This document shows positions 37,701 through 48,431 of a stretch of DNA of 64,000 nucleotides, one piece after another (positions within the stretch are counted from its first letter, which is position 1; every line of letters starts with the position of its first letter). This DNA comes from Zancudomyces culisetae HAW-14-8. Lineage: Eukaryota; Fungi; Kickxellomycota. The stretch lies in NCBI GenBank assembly GCA_052426225.1, contig JBNJNM010000012.1, forward strand, positions 62,001-126,000. Direction: 5' to 3'. Below the pieces are notes generated by a model, which was given only the letters and a program-made list of their open reading frames with translations, made no database searches and had not been told where the DNA came from. Made by a program: the position numbers and the translations under genes.

Positions 37701-39351
37701 TGCTTTCCATCGCCTCTATTTTAATCGTCCCCACTTCCTTTAATTCATCTACTCCCATATCTACCGCATACACCCTTATTCCTGCCCCAACTGCTCTCGT
37801 CTTTTCCTCTTCTTGTTGTTCTTTTTCTGCATAACACACCGATACTACATTGCTTTTGTTATTCCATTCTACTTCCACCGCTTTTCTCCCCCACTTTTGC
37901 CCTTCGTACATTTGTTTTATGCTTTTTGCCACTTCCATTCCTCCTCTCAGGCCTATCTGCCCCATCATCATTCGGTATCGCTCAAAATTCGCTCCTTTGT
38001 AGTACATATTTGCCTTTAGAACCGCTTTTTTGATTTTTGCCTGCATCTCCTCTTCTTCCGATCCTTTACCATCATCTTCAACCATCTCCACATCTTCCAC
38101 TACTTTTGCCTCTGTCTTAATTTCCACTTCTTCGCTTGTCTTTTCCTCCTCCTTCTTTTCTACTTCCATATTCTCAAGTCCATTAGTTTTGTTCTCAACT
38201 TCAATGTTTTCCATCTCTACCGCTCCTGACCCTGCTTCTTCTCCTTCTCCCGTTTCTGTTTCTGTTTCTACATTTTCTGCTTCTTCCGCTCCCTGACCTA
38301 CGATCGCCCGTTGCTCTACTTCTAGCTTCTTCTCCTCTTCATTCCGTGTTTTATCTTCGGTTTCCTTCTCCTTCTCCTTTTCTCCTCCCTTCTCGCCTTC
38401 TTCTACCCCTTCCACAGGAGTATTGCTGTTTTCTTCCGCTTCTACATTCGAAATTCTTCTCTCTATTTCAACAACAACATCTCGTGCCGCCATTTTTGGT
38501 GATTCCGTTCTCGCCCTCTTAATCCGCGCAATTTCTGTCTCGTCGCCATTTTGATCTTCGCTGTTTTTTGTATTCCCATTCATCATATTTCCGTCTCCCT
38601 CTTTGCTACCTCCCTGTCCCTGTTCACTTGGCTCTAGCAGTGATGAAGACTGCGATGGTAGTGGTGGATGTGACTGCGCCCTATTATCTCCTATTGTCAG
38701 CGTCCTTGCCCGCTTAAGCCCTATTTGTGATATTTTGCTTTCCAAAATACTATCTATTTCATTTATAATTTTTGTTTCTTCTCCTTTATCAATAATCTTT
38801 TCTTGTAATTGCTGCTCCTCGATCTCTTTGGGTTGCTCCTCTGCCACTGAACTTGCCCCATCAATCCCTACAATCCCCATATCCATTCCAATTCCCATCC
38901 CCATCCCCATTCCCATATCCGCCCCTGCCCCTGTTTCAATGCCTGCTCCTGTTCCCGATCCTCCCGCGTTTGCCCCAATTATCTGCAAATCTTCCAAGAT
39001 TTTCGAAAAATTGATATCTCCAAGGTCCACTGAACCTATATCATCAACCTGTGTAAAATACGCTTCCAAATCATCCTGGTTAAGCTCATCCATATTGTCA
39101 CCATTTTCCTCTTCCTCGTCCTCTTCCTCGTCCTCGTCCTGTTCTTCCTCTTCCTCTTCCTCTTCGTTCTTGCTGTCTCCATTTTTTTCTTTTTTCTCGG
39201 AATCTACATTTTTCTCAAGATCCACCGATTTTACTACTTGATTTCCTGCATCCGCATCTCTCTTTCCCAAACGCATCTCTATGTTCTGGAGCTCTTTCTC
39301 TATATCCAGCCCCTCAATGTCAATAAATTCGTCCCCATCAACCTGGTTCAT
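34759..39351 (-). CDS. Probable Mediator subunit Med16/Sin4-like protein with long acidic N-terminus
   Basis: WD-like motifs W..VAFVDPRGKIEIY, PVAAIEWL, VVLTCAGRF, ITHADI and helical LVKFANWALTLL..ALLITP recall Med16. No C-terminal zinc ribbon is seen. Confidence 0.55.
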   Translation of the reverse strand: MNQVDGDEFIDIEGLDIEKELQNIEMRLGKRDADAGNQVVKSVDLEKNVDSEKKEKNGDSKNEEEEEEEEQDEDEEEDEEEENGDNMDELNQDDLEAYFTQVDDIGSVDLGDINFSKILEDLQIIGANAGGSGTGAGIETGAGADMGMGMGMGIGMDMGIVGIDGASSVAEEQPKEIEEQQLQEKIIDKGEETKIINEIDSILESKISQIGLKRARTLTIGDNRAQSHPPLPSQSSSLLEPSEQGQGGSKEGDGNMMNGNTKNSEDQNGDETEIARIKRARTESPKMAARDVVVEIERRISNVEAEENSNTPVEGVEEGEKGGEKEKEKETEDKTRNEEEKKLEVEQRAIVGQGAEEAENVETETETGEGEEAGSGAVEMENIEVENKTNGLENMEVEKKEEEKTSEEVEIKTEAKVVEDVEMVEDDGKGSEEEEMQAKIKKAVLKANMYYKGANFERYRMMMGQIGLRGGMEVAKSIKQMYEGQKWGRKAVEVEWNNKSNVVSVCYAEKEQQEEEKTRAVGAGIRVYAVDMGVDELKEVGTIKIEAMESNEGEDGMAQNELYESGEGINRVNNGENGGIVRGKIESKAFWDGDNRGGGGGRVAFVDPRGKIEIYTCKEKKIQTIDMECPVAAIEWLQQSKKHVARIFVDGEKEKEKEKEEEEMENIETKTETDMSVGVGVGAGVDNVEMDIGGYTRGRRNGFMYTNVVLTCAGRFLLNNNDRKDKAGSADTADELEHDGQQYIDLGVPYKDQCSANETGVAETRENDMEGVWMITHADIRLVNYKYFVVAAVWKWIKQEESGQEQEVEVEVEVEVEERCVLYVIEWKCSENNLELLDSEYVYVHTQSRYGQQDGGVINTEDTDDMIGKRTELGRCSQNQKAKSSGSIQHVKLIQQINPNLYNGGSNSKNDNDNDNEDDSKKLLEFPIVALVISHIDNSNQESQNIENDIGIESNVLQFYKTKLDKNQIVHVYKNNSININDICTSVESSGRGLVNNVQVFKPTVIISHKQGGDDNETKYERLGISLSDGKYLLSNGCIDDRIRFATLFEARDDGKYCTAVNENLNSAARVKIRSTGNHGASGATLEFLYLTREQYTTIHGSVGFAKILSAQLALNLLNNANSRDVVQVIKQHFDAANQDEEDLAIHLQSVLVHSGDLLSRVLFEKNDGSANLESWIFTPTSSTFTIFRKYFELSSTILAQCKFPPSSSSVNNDPKKNTLVVAATNLKIFLEFSSILFNYQRLQRSSLFSLEYKQQQLVKFANWALTLLNFLVKETFLESKFHASLASRSEDTTNKPLCTSALLITPISLKIISDVLAFIINFLTFISSLSQSQPQTNINPNNALLQFSQYVKRTFPLQPKTLLSIVNSISQHVNNTTFAPASTYSIFDLLIKNTDPSHHNHDLRSLIFSSIQSQISSEFASDSTLLLDLIKFKNKNLDSLLVSSQHSSTPELVNNPNANPSYSIELPLFGSSSSTRSLATINPSSDPSSATPANPKPGYSLPSINMPNISLFNTPINTHNQLNYVGLQR

Positions 39352-39969
39352 TTTTTAGCCGTATTTTTCTTTTCTAATTATACAGATCTCACTAGTATAT
39401 ATATCCCCAGATTCAAAATACAATAATTGACTTGTTCTTCGAATTTGCACTAGAGTTTTTTATTTTATTTTATTTTATTTTTTGTGCGCCTTTGCTATTC
39501 ATCAAATAGCGGGTGTTTTAATTTATGTAAAGTCACCCCCTCATAATGTATATTTATTTTTTTCCACCATTATTTTATTATTTTTTAGAAATTGGCTCTG
39601 GTTTGAGCTAAATAGTGCTATTTGCTAATTCTGAATGTAAATAATTGCATCTTTTTCTCGGATTTCAATTTTATTTCAAGTTTATTTACTTGCATGTTTA
39701 CTGTTTGTTATTTATTATTATTAATTTGGACATTTTTAGCTTGTTACGTGATTTCAACTTTATGCTAATTTCGCGATATCAACATGATTTCATCTAAATG
39801 TGCTTCACTCTTGTAAATAAATTAAAAACAGTAAAAACCGAATATAATCTCCGATTCAACAATGTAATTCGATACTCACAAGCAGAAACATTGAATAAAG
39901 AGAGTACCGCTAAGACTAGAAAACAGACCAACTCAACGGTTCAAGTGTATCCATCTCTATCCCTCCATT

Positions 39970-41052
39970 CTACTCTGCCGAAACAACATCAACACAATAA
40001 ATTTCCCGTGCCGAGTTAAAGCAAAACACATTCTCCTCACCCTCAACCCCAATAAACTCCTTAAGCTGGTCCACTGTGATCTTTCCCTCTATCATTTTGC
40101 CCCACTTTCCTGCTTTGTTTTCAAGCAAACGTCTTCTCATGGTTCCTCCAATAAGTCCACTATCTTTGATCGGTGTAACCAAGACATAACCATCATCTTG
40201 GTCTTGCTTTACTTTGATTGCAACGTTTGCTATCGTTGACTCAGTTATTTCTCCATCCTCATTGTGCAAAATAGCATCAAATATTGGTCCATCAAAACTC
40301 ACCCCTACATCACAACAAACGAAATAATAAACATCAACGACATATCTTGTTAAAAACAAAAACTTTCTATCGCAAGGATGATCTATACTCCTGTCTTATT
40401 CTTGCAATGTGTGCCTAGAGTGCATAATTATCAACGTACCATTTCTTTCTCGACTCATGTTATAAATATCCCTATGAGTTGTTTTGTTCTTGACAAAGGG
40501 GCTGTTTGTGTTTATTGGCTCCTTGTCTATTACCACTTTTTTATTTCCGCCGGCCTTGGTAACATCATGAAATACAGACAATTCTGCACTGAGTTGACAC
40601 TTGGTATCCATCATTATTCTAGTCTATATAAGTGTTTTTATTTCCCATTATTTTTATATTTCCAAGTAATTGCTCATACAAAGTAGACACACCAATTGGA
40701 TATCAGGCAAATTCTACTATTTGCATACGCAAAGTACATAATTGGATCTATCTATCTTTGTCCTTACTGCAATCACATCGGTTGGCTTAAACTGTCCTAC
40801 TTGACTGTGGAGCACGTCCAACATAGCTTTCTTGAGCTCGTCCTTACTTGGGATATTCTCAAATGGCTTTTCTGGTGTATGTGCCCAGTACTTTTGAAAA
40901 TAGCTGGCTGCATTTAACATTCTATCCACGTGCTCTTCAAATAAAAACAGCTCACCATTTCTATATATTCCCGTCTCTAATACGCAAAAGCCTTTTGGAA
41001 TCGAATGATGTTCCACATTATTTTTACATTCCAAACAATCTTTTCCGTTCAT
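39970..41052 (-). CDS. ABZ2: Aminodeoxychorismate lyase / class IV aminotransferase; exons 41052-40768, 40623-40440, 40304-39970
   Basis: LETG..LFLFEEHVDRM..A, KTTHRDIY, ILHNEDGEITESTIANVA, TP..SGLIGGTMRRRLL, FNSAR; the introns join in frame. Confidence 0.85.
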
Positions 41053-41416
41053 CGTTTTTTTGAATATCGATTGATACCGTTTTCTGAGTGTATAATTTGT
41101 AGTTTAGGAAAAACTGCTTGTCTAAACATAAAACCCGCTACTTTATAAAATACTCGTTGCTTTTGTATGAAACAGATATTCTAAAACACATTCATTGAAA
41201 ATCTCGAGTTTCTAATTATTCCTCTATTCTCCAATTAGTTTTTGTGTTCCCACCAACTAGCGGACTCGATCGATTTTTTGAATTTTTATCGGATTGGTAA
41301 TTAGGTTATTTTAGTGTACATTTATATTTTTTTTGTAAAATTTTTTTCTGATGCAAAATACTTATAACTCAAGTTATAACGAAACCAACACTAAGCGAGC
41401 GAAAACCATATAAAGA

Positions 41417-41935
41417 ATGAATTCTGCAATAGAAATAGACAACATCTTTGGCTCAAAAACTAAAAAGGCGGGCTCGAGCAAAGATAAATCCAAAAGTATC
41501 AGTGTTCCCGATTCGAAAACAATTCCTGCAATAAATTCATCAACTCCAGCAAAAATCTCAAAAAAGACAAAGAAAAAAAACAAAAACAAGATTAAGAAGG
41601 ACACTGAAGTCAAATCTATTTCAAAAGACAAAGAAACCGACAACAAAAATAAAGACACTAGTGATCTGGCCAGTAATGCTGAACAGGAATCAAGCGTGAT
41701 CGTGGTTGATGCCTCTGGCCACGCCAACGATAGCAAGTTAGACGCAAAAAAGAACAAACAAACTACAAATTCTCAGAAATTTAACGATGATGACGGATTC
41801 AGCGATTCCCGTGGTCTTAGGAATGGAAGGAAGACTGTGGATACCCTACGTGTGTTTTACTTTGATGAATTGAAAATAGGTGAGGGCGAGGGCGATACCG
41901 AACTTTGTCCTTTTGATTGTGACTGTTGTTATTGA
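41417..41935 (+). CDS. DUF1764 family protein
   Basis: EIDNIF N-terminus and C-terminal FSDSRG..RKTVD.L..F..DELKIG.G.GDTELCPFDCDCCY. Confidence 0.85.
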   Translation: MNSAIEIDNIFGSKTKKAGSSKDKSKSISVPDSKTIPAINSSTPAKISKKTKKKNKNKIKKDTEVKSISKDKETDNKNKDTSDLASNAEQESSVIVVDASGHANDSKLDAKKNKQTTNSQKFNDDDGFSDSRGLRNGRKTVDTLRVFYFDELKIGEGEGDTELCPFDCDCCY

Positions 41936-42506
41936 GATTGCTGGTAGTTACTGTCTTTTTTTTCTTTTAGGTCTGAGTTGTAAACTAGATATTTCTTTAG
42001 ACACTATTTCTTGTAGATAATAGATGTTTTTTTTTGTTAGCTCCTAATTTCAGGCTGAAATATACTGCTTGACTTTTATTAAATAATAGCAATAGCTGTG
42101 GATATTTTTATATAATTAGGCATTATCGACTCCTAATTGATTTCCTTGGTTGACTTTAAATATGAGTTATAGAATATTTTGCGGTACTATAAATGTATAT
42201 TACAAAGTATTCTACTTTAAGGTTCTTTTGAAAAGTATTCATTTGAATATCTTGATATATTTATGTTATAAATGTTATTTCCATTTTTCTCTATATTTAT
42301 TTTATTAACTAATGTTTCGACATAACTATGCTAAAACCAAAAAAGATAGTCTTATAAAAAACAATGTAACACACACCATAGTAAACATATAGTTCGTTTG
42401 TCTATAGGGATGTGGGCATATGTATCAAAATTTCTGCAATTAAAACTATAAAAGATTATTTTTTAAAAAATAGAAAAAAGAAAAACCTCAGATATCTAAT
42501 AATCAA

Positions 42507-43902
42507 CTAATTATCCTCGGAGTAGCTTGGGGGCCCGACCGTCGAATTTATATGTGTCACTGTCTGATCAAGGTGTACATCTTTATACAAAGGCAGTCTA
42601 TCCAGATATTCAAGGCACTCAGGCCTACTTGGTACCACATAAACAGGCACGCTTAGCCATACGCAGTGTTCATGCCCTTGTTTATTTTTGATGTTTATAG
42701 TGAATTTCAACCGATGGCTAACTTTTGCAAACTGTGATGCTGAATCGTACATCATTTTTAGCTTATTTTCAGGCAGATACATTGTTATAGTATCTGAACC
42801 AACACCCAATAGCTTGGTACCGCCACACTTTCGTTTATCGAGAAATCCTTTAGATTCTTTGTTCTTATCTTCCGAGTTAAAAATACACAAGCGTCTCACG
42901 TCAAAAAAGGAGCAGCAGAAAAGTCTAGCAATGTCTGGTATTCTTCTAGTAACGGAAAACTTGGAGTCTGTTCTTTCAATATGGCTTTGCTCTGTACAGA
43001 TCCGCATTGGTTGTTTTTCAAACGATGAGTTATATGCTGGTGGTGGTTTTAACTTGCCTGAAATAGAAGAAACTATCTTTGACGTTTTTTTTTTTACTAG
43101 ACCATCTCGAGATGAGTATCTAACATTCTCAAGCATAATTACACCAACAGACATTATCACTAGGCCTTCGACTCTAGGTTGAAATAGAAAAGTGGTTTCC
43201 ACAGCACTTCCTCTAGAAAATACGTTTGTGGGTACTGTGATTCTGATATCACATGCACTTTTCCATGTCTTTTGGATATCTATTCCAGAAATATTCATCA
43301 TACCGTTTGTCAAGACATCCCTCTTTATGTTGATTTTTTCTTTTAAAGCAGCACTGGAAAAAAGGTTATTCCCTTGTGCAACCACTTTTAGATGATATTT
43401 ATTTGTAAAATGCTCCAAAGTTGTGGTTTCTACCATCGATCCTTGTATTGGTAGCGAAAAGCTAAATGTATATTCTCCTGGTGTGAATTGTTTTGGCCCA
43501 TCAAAACATTCTAAAAAATCTCTTTTTTGTAAAAGTATTTTTTCGTCGATTCTATATTGTTCTGATGGTTTTAATTTATCTATTTTTAAACATTAAAATA
43601 CATGGTAAATATGAATATAATAATTCAGAGTATCAGTTTATATATAAATGTAACCTAATTTTCTTTCTACTTCTTCCTCTCTTCCTATAATCGCAAACTA
43701 CCACCTTACCCTTACTCAGATATAAACGAAAGTCATTAATAAAATCTAGCTCCATTTTTTTCAATATTACAGGGCTATCTACCCTCATTATTATTACACC
43801 GCCTAATATAAGCCCTGGAGCCTCATCGTTACTTCCTCGTAATATAATGTAACTTTCATCTAGTTTAACTTTTAAGTTTATGATTCTCCCATGAACCACC
43901 AT
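42507..43902 (-). CDS. Alpha-arrestin (ART-type Rsp5 adaptor); exons 43902-43716, 43579-42507
   Basis: YIILRGSNDEAPG.ILGG, PGEYTFSFSLP, KVSHRLKFTINIKN; PY motifs PPAY, LPLY, PPSY. Confidence 0.8.
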
Positions 43903-45361
43903 AGTTTTTTCCAGTATAATTATTTGCCTATTGATTATTTATTTTCCGTCTCAGTTGCCCTTTCATAACTTTTCTCGCTCTGTCCAATTCTATTTTTTGT
44001 TTGTTGTAGTAGCTTGTATTCAATAGAGCAAAATGTGTAGCGAATGTATTGTATTTCGCCCTATTCTAGACACTTATCCTTTGCTTTCTTTTTAGTCTAC
44101 CTTGATTTTAGCAATACAATTTGGAGTATTATCACTAAAATGCTATTCTAATTTAAAATATAAAAACCTAGCAAATATTGTTAAAAGATAGTAAAAAGTA
44201 TTGCTTTAGCATTCTAGTAATTAGGATGTGATTTAAACTTAATATTCTTTATAATATTATTTTATTGCTCATAAATACTGTATTCGAACTAGCATTCACC
44301 CAAAATTTAAAGCTGCACTTTGTATCAATACGATTTGATGAATTTTGGATATTTCCTCGCTTTTGTTGTATTCTAGAGAGATGTTTGTGATTGTATAGAG
44401 GCTATAGGCCAGCTTAAAAATACTAATGTCATGTTTTATCCGGGTATATGAAATAAAGTCTCGAGTGCTTCAATGAAAAGATTTTTTGCTTTTAACGCAC
44501 TCTGTTATTTACTGTAGCCTAGTATGCCTCAAGATATTAACTGCAAATAAGAAACTTTTGAGCGCATTTATTTACCTTCATAGCCACATTTTAAGCGTGA
44601 TGTGCTTAAATGTTCTGGATTTAGCTCACTACAAATTTTCAACAATATTTTCACATTCGCCATCTTATTAACACTTTTGAAATTGCACCAAAACCTCAAT
44701 TACATAAAAATATTCAGCCAAATGAAACACATTTATAAAGCAAATTTTGTGTAGGGGTAACGTGGTTGCTAATGCTAGTGTAAAAAGATGCCTCGGTGGT
44801 CACATTGATTTAATGGTTCATTTCTTTCGAGTCACTTTATTCGAAACCCACTTTCCGCAACTACTCGCTTCTACATTTGCCAAAAAGTAAAAATAATAAA
44901 CGTGGGGTAGATAGAACAATTTTCAAACGAGATTAAACACAGGAAATGTTCGAATCAGTCGTGTGTTGTGAGCAGCTTGGTACGTTTCTGCTTGCTAATT
45001 TACTCATTTACTCATTTACTCTTAGTAGTTAACCTACTAAAAACGAATTTCGGGATATAACAAATTAAAAGCAAATAAAAACCTGGATGATAATATTAAC
45101 CATAATTAGAGCATTCAATAATACGTAATAAAAGGAAAATATAGATGAATGAGACGTGAACTCCCACGAGTCTCTAAATTTTTATAATAAAGGGCTGAAA
45201 AAATATTTTAGTCAGTGTTAGCGTTAATTTTGGGGTTTTTTAATTATCAATTTGTAATAAACAACAGTTTTTGTTTAAGGTTCTTGTTACTTAAATTTGA
45301 TTAAACAAGAGTCAGTTGAATTATGTGCTCGATTAATAAAAACATTGAAAGAAAAAATGAA

Positions 45362-45388
45362 AGAGCAAGAGCAAGAGCAAGAGCAAGA
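45362..45388. repeat. (AGAGCA)4 microsatellite
   Basis: Direct observation. Confidence 0.8.
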
Positions 45389-46239
45389 AGAAAAGAAAGA
45401 ATAGGGGGTGTAAATAAATGTCTTTTTTGGGCAATTTTATAAACATTTTATTTTCTGTTTTTTGGTCTGTTCATTTGTATGTGCTGTAGTATATACTTTT
45501 TGATATGCACTATTTGATAAAATAACTCAAGTTAAAATAAAAGACACAATAAAGGAGTAGTATATTCAAAAAGCAATAGCAAACTGTGGATCAAAGAAAA
45601 GAATACTAATGAAATATGTACATTAGTAGTAGAATTGCCATTTTCAATAATAATCACTTAATCAGTCTTTGTGGGAAAAGTGATTAACATCATAAAATAT
45701 CAAAAATCTATAGCATTTGCATAAGGTGATCCGAAAAAAAAAGGATGGTATTGGTCAAAGATGACGACTAATTTCTGCATAAGAGTTGATAATTATACAT
45801 GATAAACAAATAGGAGTATTCTTGGCTTTTACTGAAGTTTCAGGAATGTAGTTGGTAAATACAAACCTACAAGCTCAGCACGCTAATTAAAATAATTAAT
45901 GATGGTCAGATGTTTTTTCATCAGTTACACTCATAGCATACAATGTTAACAGTCATTTGCTCAGCTTGACAGATAAATCAATTAAAAAATAGTCGTGAAA
46001 TGTAAATTCGCAGATTATTTAGCACCATAAGACCTGCTTTTAGCTAATTCTGTCTATTATCTGCGTATTTGGATCCAAGTTGTTTCAAATAATGCTGGGA
46101 TATTTTTGATTAACTCCACTTTTGATAGGCTGCTTCCATACTAAATTTTAAATCGAGAAAGCAGTATTTATTGTTAAACTTAGGAAACGAGTATATTTAG
46201 TATTAAAAATAACAGATAATAAAAAACAATCGTTACAAA

Positions 46240-47704
46240 ATGAGACCAGATCCATATAAACAAAAGGCGAGCAGAAACTATAAAAAAAACAATCCTGAAT
46301 CGAAAGATGCCGATTCGAACCCCAAACCCATAAAAAATAATTCGCAAAAGGAAAAAAACAGTTCGAAAATAAAGGATACTCCAAGCCCTCAAGTGGAAAG
46401 ATCTGAATCCAAACCCTCTACAAATAAGCTAGGAGTTTCTAAGGCTGGGCCTGGAAATCAAATAGGCAATCCAAAAAGCAAGTACATTTATCTTTTTGTT
46501 TGGTGATGGTATCAGATATTTGATTGAAATTATATTTTTAATTTTAGGTTATAGAAAGCGAGAAATCGTCGACAATTCATGGAGATACTTGGAACAAGAG
46601 GAGGAATCTGAAGGTATATTTTAAAAATCAGTATTGTTATATTTTAAAGCTACTTTTAAGGTTAAAATGTTTATTTTTTAGAATACATAAAAAAAAACAT
46701 CTGAATTTGAAAAAACATGTAACAAATAGACGAAATCAATGCAGAAGTTTCTGCTTTACTAAAGTACTTTGACGAAAAAAAGAATGGTACGATGAGATAA
46801 TATTACTTGTTAATAGATATAAATATAGAATGGATTACAAAGCTTTCAAGAATTTTATTCAGAACAAATCGAAATTATGTTTATTTAGAGTCTCTTCAAT
46901 CACAGGGATCATTTATGGTTCCAGAAACGAGAACGTCGAGCTTAGGGGATTCCAATATTGTAGATGTAAGCACTCTATTTTACTCAAACACATACTTTTT
47001 AGAAAAAATTAAGATATATTGGGTATATACACTGCTACTTTCAATACAAATAGGATACATATGATGCATTTTTTCAAGTTCCTGAGCTAGAGCTTGTTAG
47101 TAAGGATAATGTGCCGATTGAAAGCTATGCACTATTACCATTCAGTTTTGGTGATTTGGGATACCATGTAAGCGTGTGGTCATATAATACTCGGGTTGTT
47201 GGTATTTGTATAATTCAATGAGCTGAAAATTTGTGTATACTAATTCTAATTCTGTCAATAATAGGGTAACCAGGTCAAATGTATACCAAAAAATGAAGCG
47301 TATGTTGAGGAGACTGTCAGCGCAAATAAAGGTATTTATATTATCCAACATATTCTAACTCCTTTCTAACGCTTCAATTTCTAAATCTTTTTTATACAGA
47401 TAGTGGAAAAGAGTTGAAAAAACTAAATCTCAAAGTTAAAGGTATGTCAATTTTAGTTTTAATTCAGTTGTGAAGAAAGGTATTAAATAATTAAACTATG
47501 CCAATAGCTAAAACTCTCGACAACTCTCCCAAGGGTAAAATTAAAAACCAAGACATTACCAATACTACTCCAATGGCAAATAAGCTATTTAAAGCTGAAA
47601 TCAGCAATAACGATGGAAACGTTAGAAAGTCATCCAATGCACCGAGTAAAATGGGCAAATCTTCGGTGCAGGATGTTACAGATTGGCTAGATGGAATTAT
47701 TTAG
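46240..47704 (+). CDS. Multi-exon (~8 small exons) Aven-like protein
   Basis: Spliced pieces give MRPDPYKQKASRNYKK, RKREIVDNSWRY and C-terminal DVTDWLDGII, resembling the Aven motifs RKIVSNWDRY and terminal EDWLDSM. Internal exons were inferred from GT/AG sites. Confidence 0.5.
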
Positions 47705-47879
47705 CATAGTACAGCTTATCACAATACCTTTTGTATATTATAACTTTAGTTTATGTAAATTATTCAAATACTACTTTTTTACACGAAATGTTGTAACTAT
47801 TAACAATGCAAATGTTAAATATCAACCATATCTGTGGAGATCACGAATGAAAAGTAAATGAGAAATTCCTAGTAAAGAT

Positions 47880-48431
47880 TTAAGCTATAAGGGACTGGAA
47901 TAAAATAGCAAGTCCAAGAAGTGCAAGGGTAAAGTTTGAACGACAAAGGGCAGCATTGGAATCCGATAAGATTTCTTGGCTTTTGGGCTGTTTATTTTGT
48001 TTATAATTGTCAAGAGTGGCATTTTTGTTTACCGATTTGTTCTTTTCATTGGATTGTTGATTACTTGAATTAGAATCATCATTATTTTTTTGTTTTGAGG
48101 ATAATATTGAATTCATATCAGGTTCAATATAGGTTGATGGTTTGTAAAAGTTTTTCACACAATAGTCGACACAAAGTGTATATTCATCAGTGGTTAAGCG
48201 TTTTGCGATGCAATCAACATAACAACTGTTGGTTTGGTTAACCATTGTTTCGTTTGGGCTGGGTACACCATAGCAGGAAGCAATGCATTTTACGTTTACA
48301 GCATTTCCACCACACTGATCTCTTACGCATTTCTCGCCTGGAGTTTCTTCAAGAGTTTCGCGTTGGCTTTGACAATATGATAACGCCAGTGTAACGAGTA
48401 TGCATGCCAAAGTCGATGTATTGACTATCAT
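47880..48431 (-). CDS. Small secreted Cys-rich, probably GPI-anchored surface protein
   Basis: Hydrophobic signal peptide; 8-Cys domain (C..C..VKCIASCYGVPSPN..T..C..DC..Y..C..C); Asn/Ser linker; hydrophobic C-terminal tail. Confidence 0.75.
   Translation of the reverse strand: MIVNTSTLACILVTLALSYCQSQRETLEETPGEKCVRDQCGGNAVNVKCIASCYGVPSPNETMVNQTNSCYVDCIAKRLTTDEYTLCVDYCVKNFYKPSTYIEPDMNSILSSKQKNNDDSNSSNQQSNEKNKSVNKNATLDNYKQNKQPKSQEILSDSNAALCRSNFTLALLGLAILFQSLIA

Noticed and set aside
32270-41935. TGA stops next to Cys in ELC1 and DUF1764 as possible selenocysteine codons
   Set aside because: Both proteins end at their family-typical C-termini (LDC; CDCCY) and no SECIS-like element was recognised.
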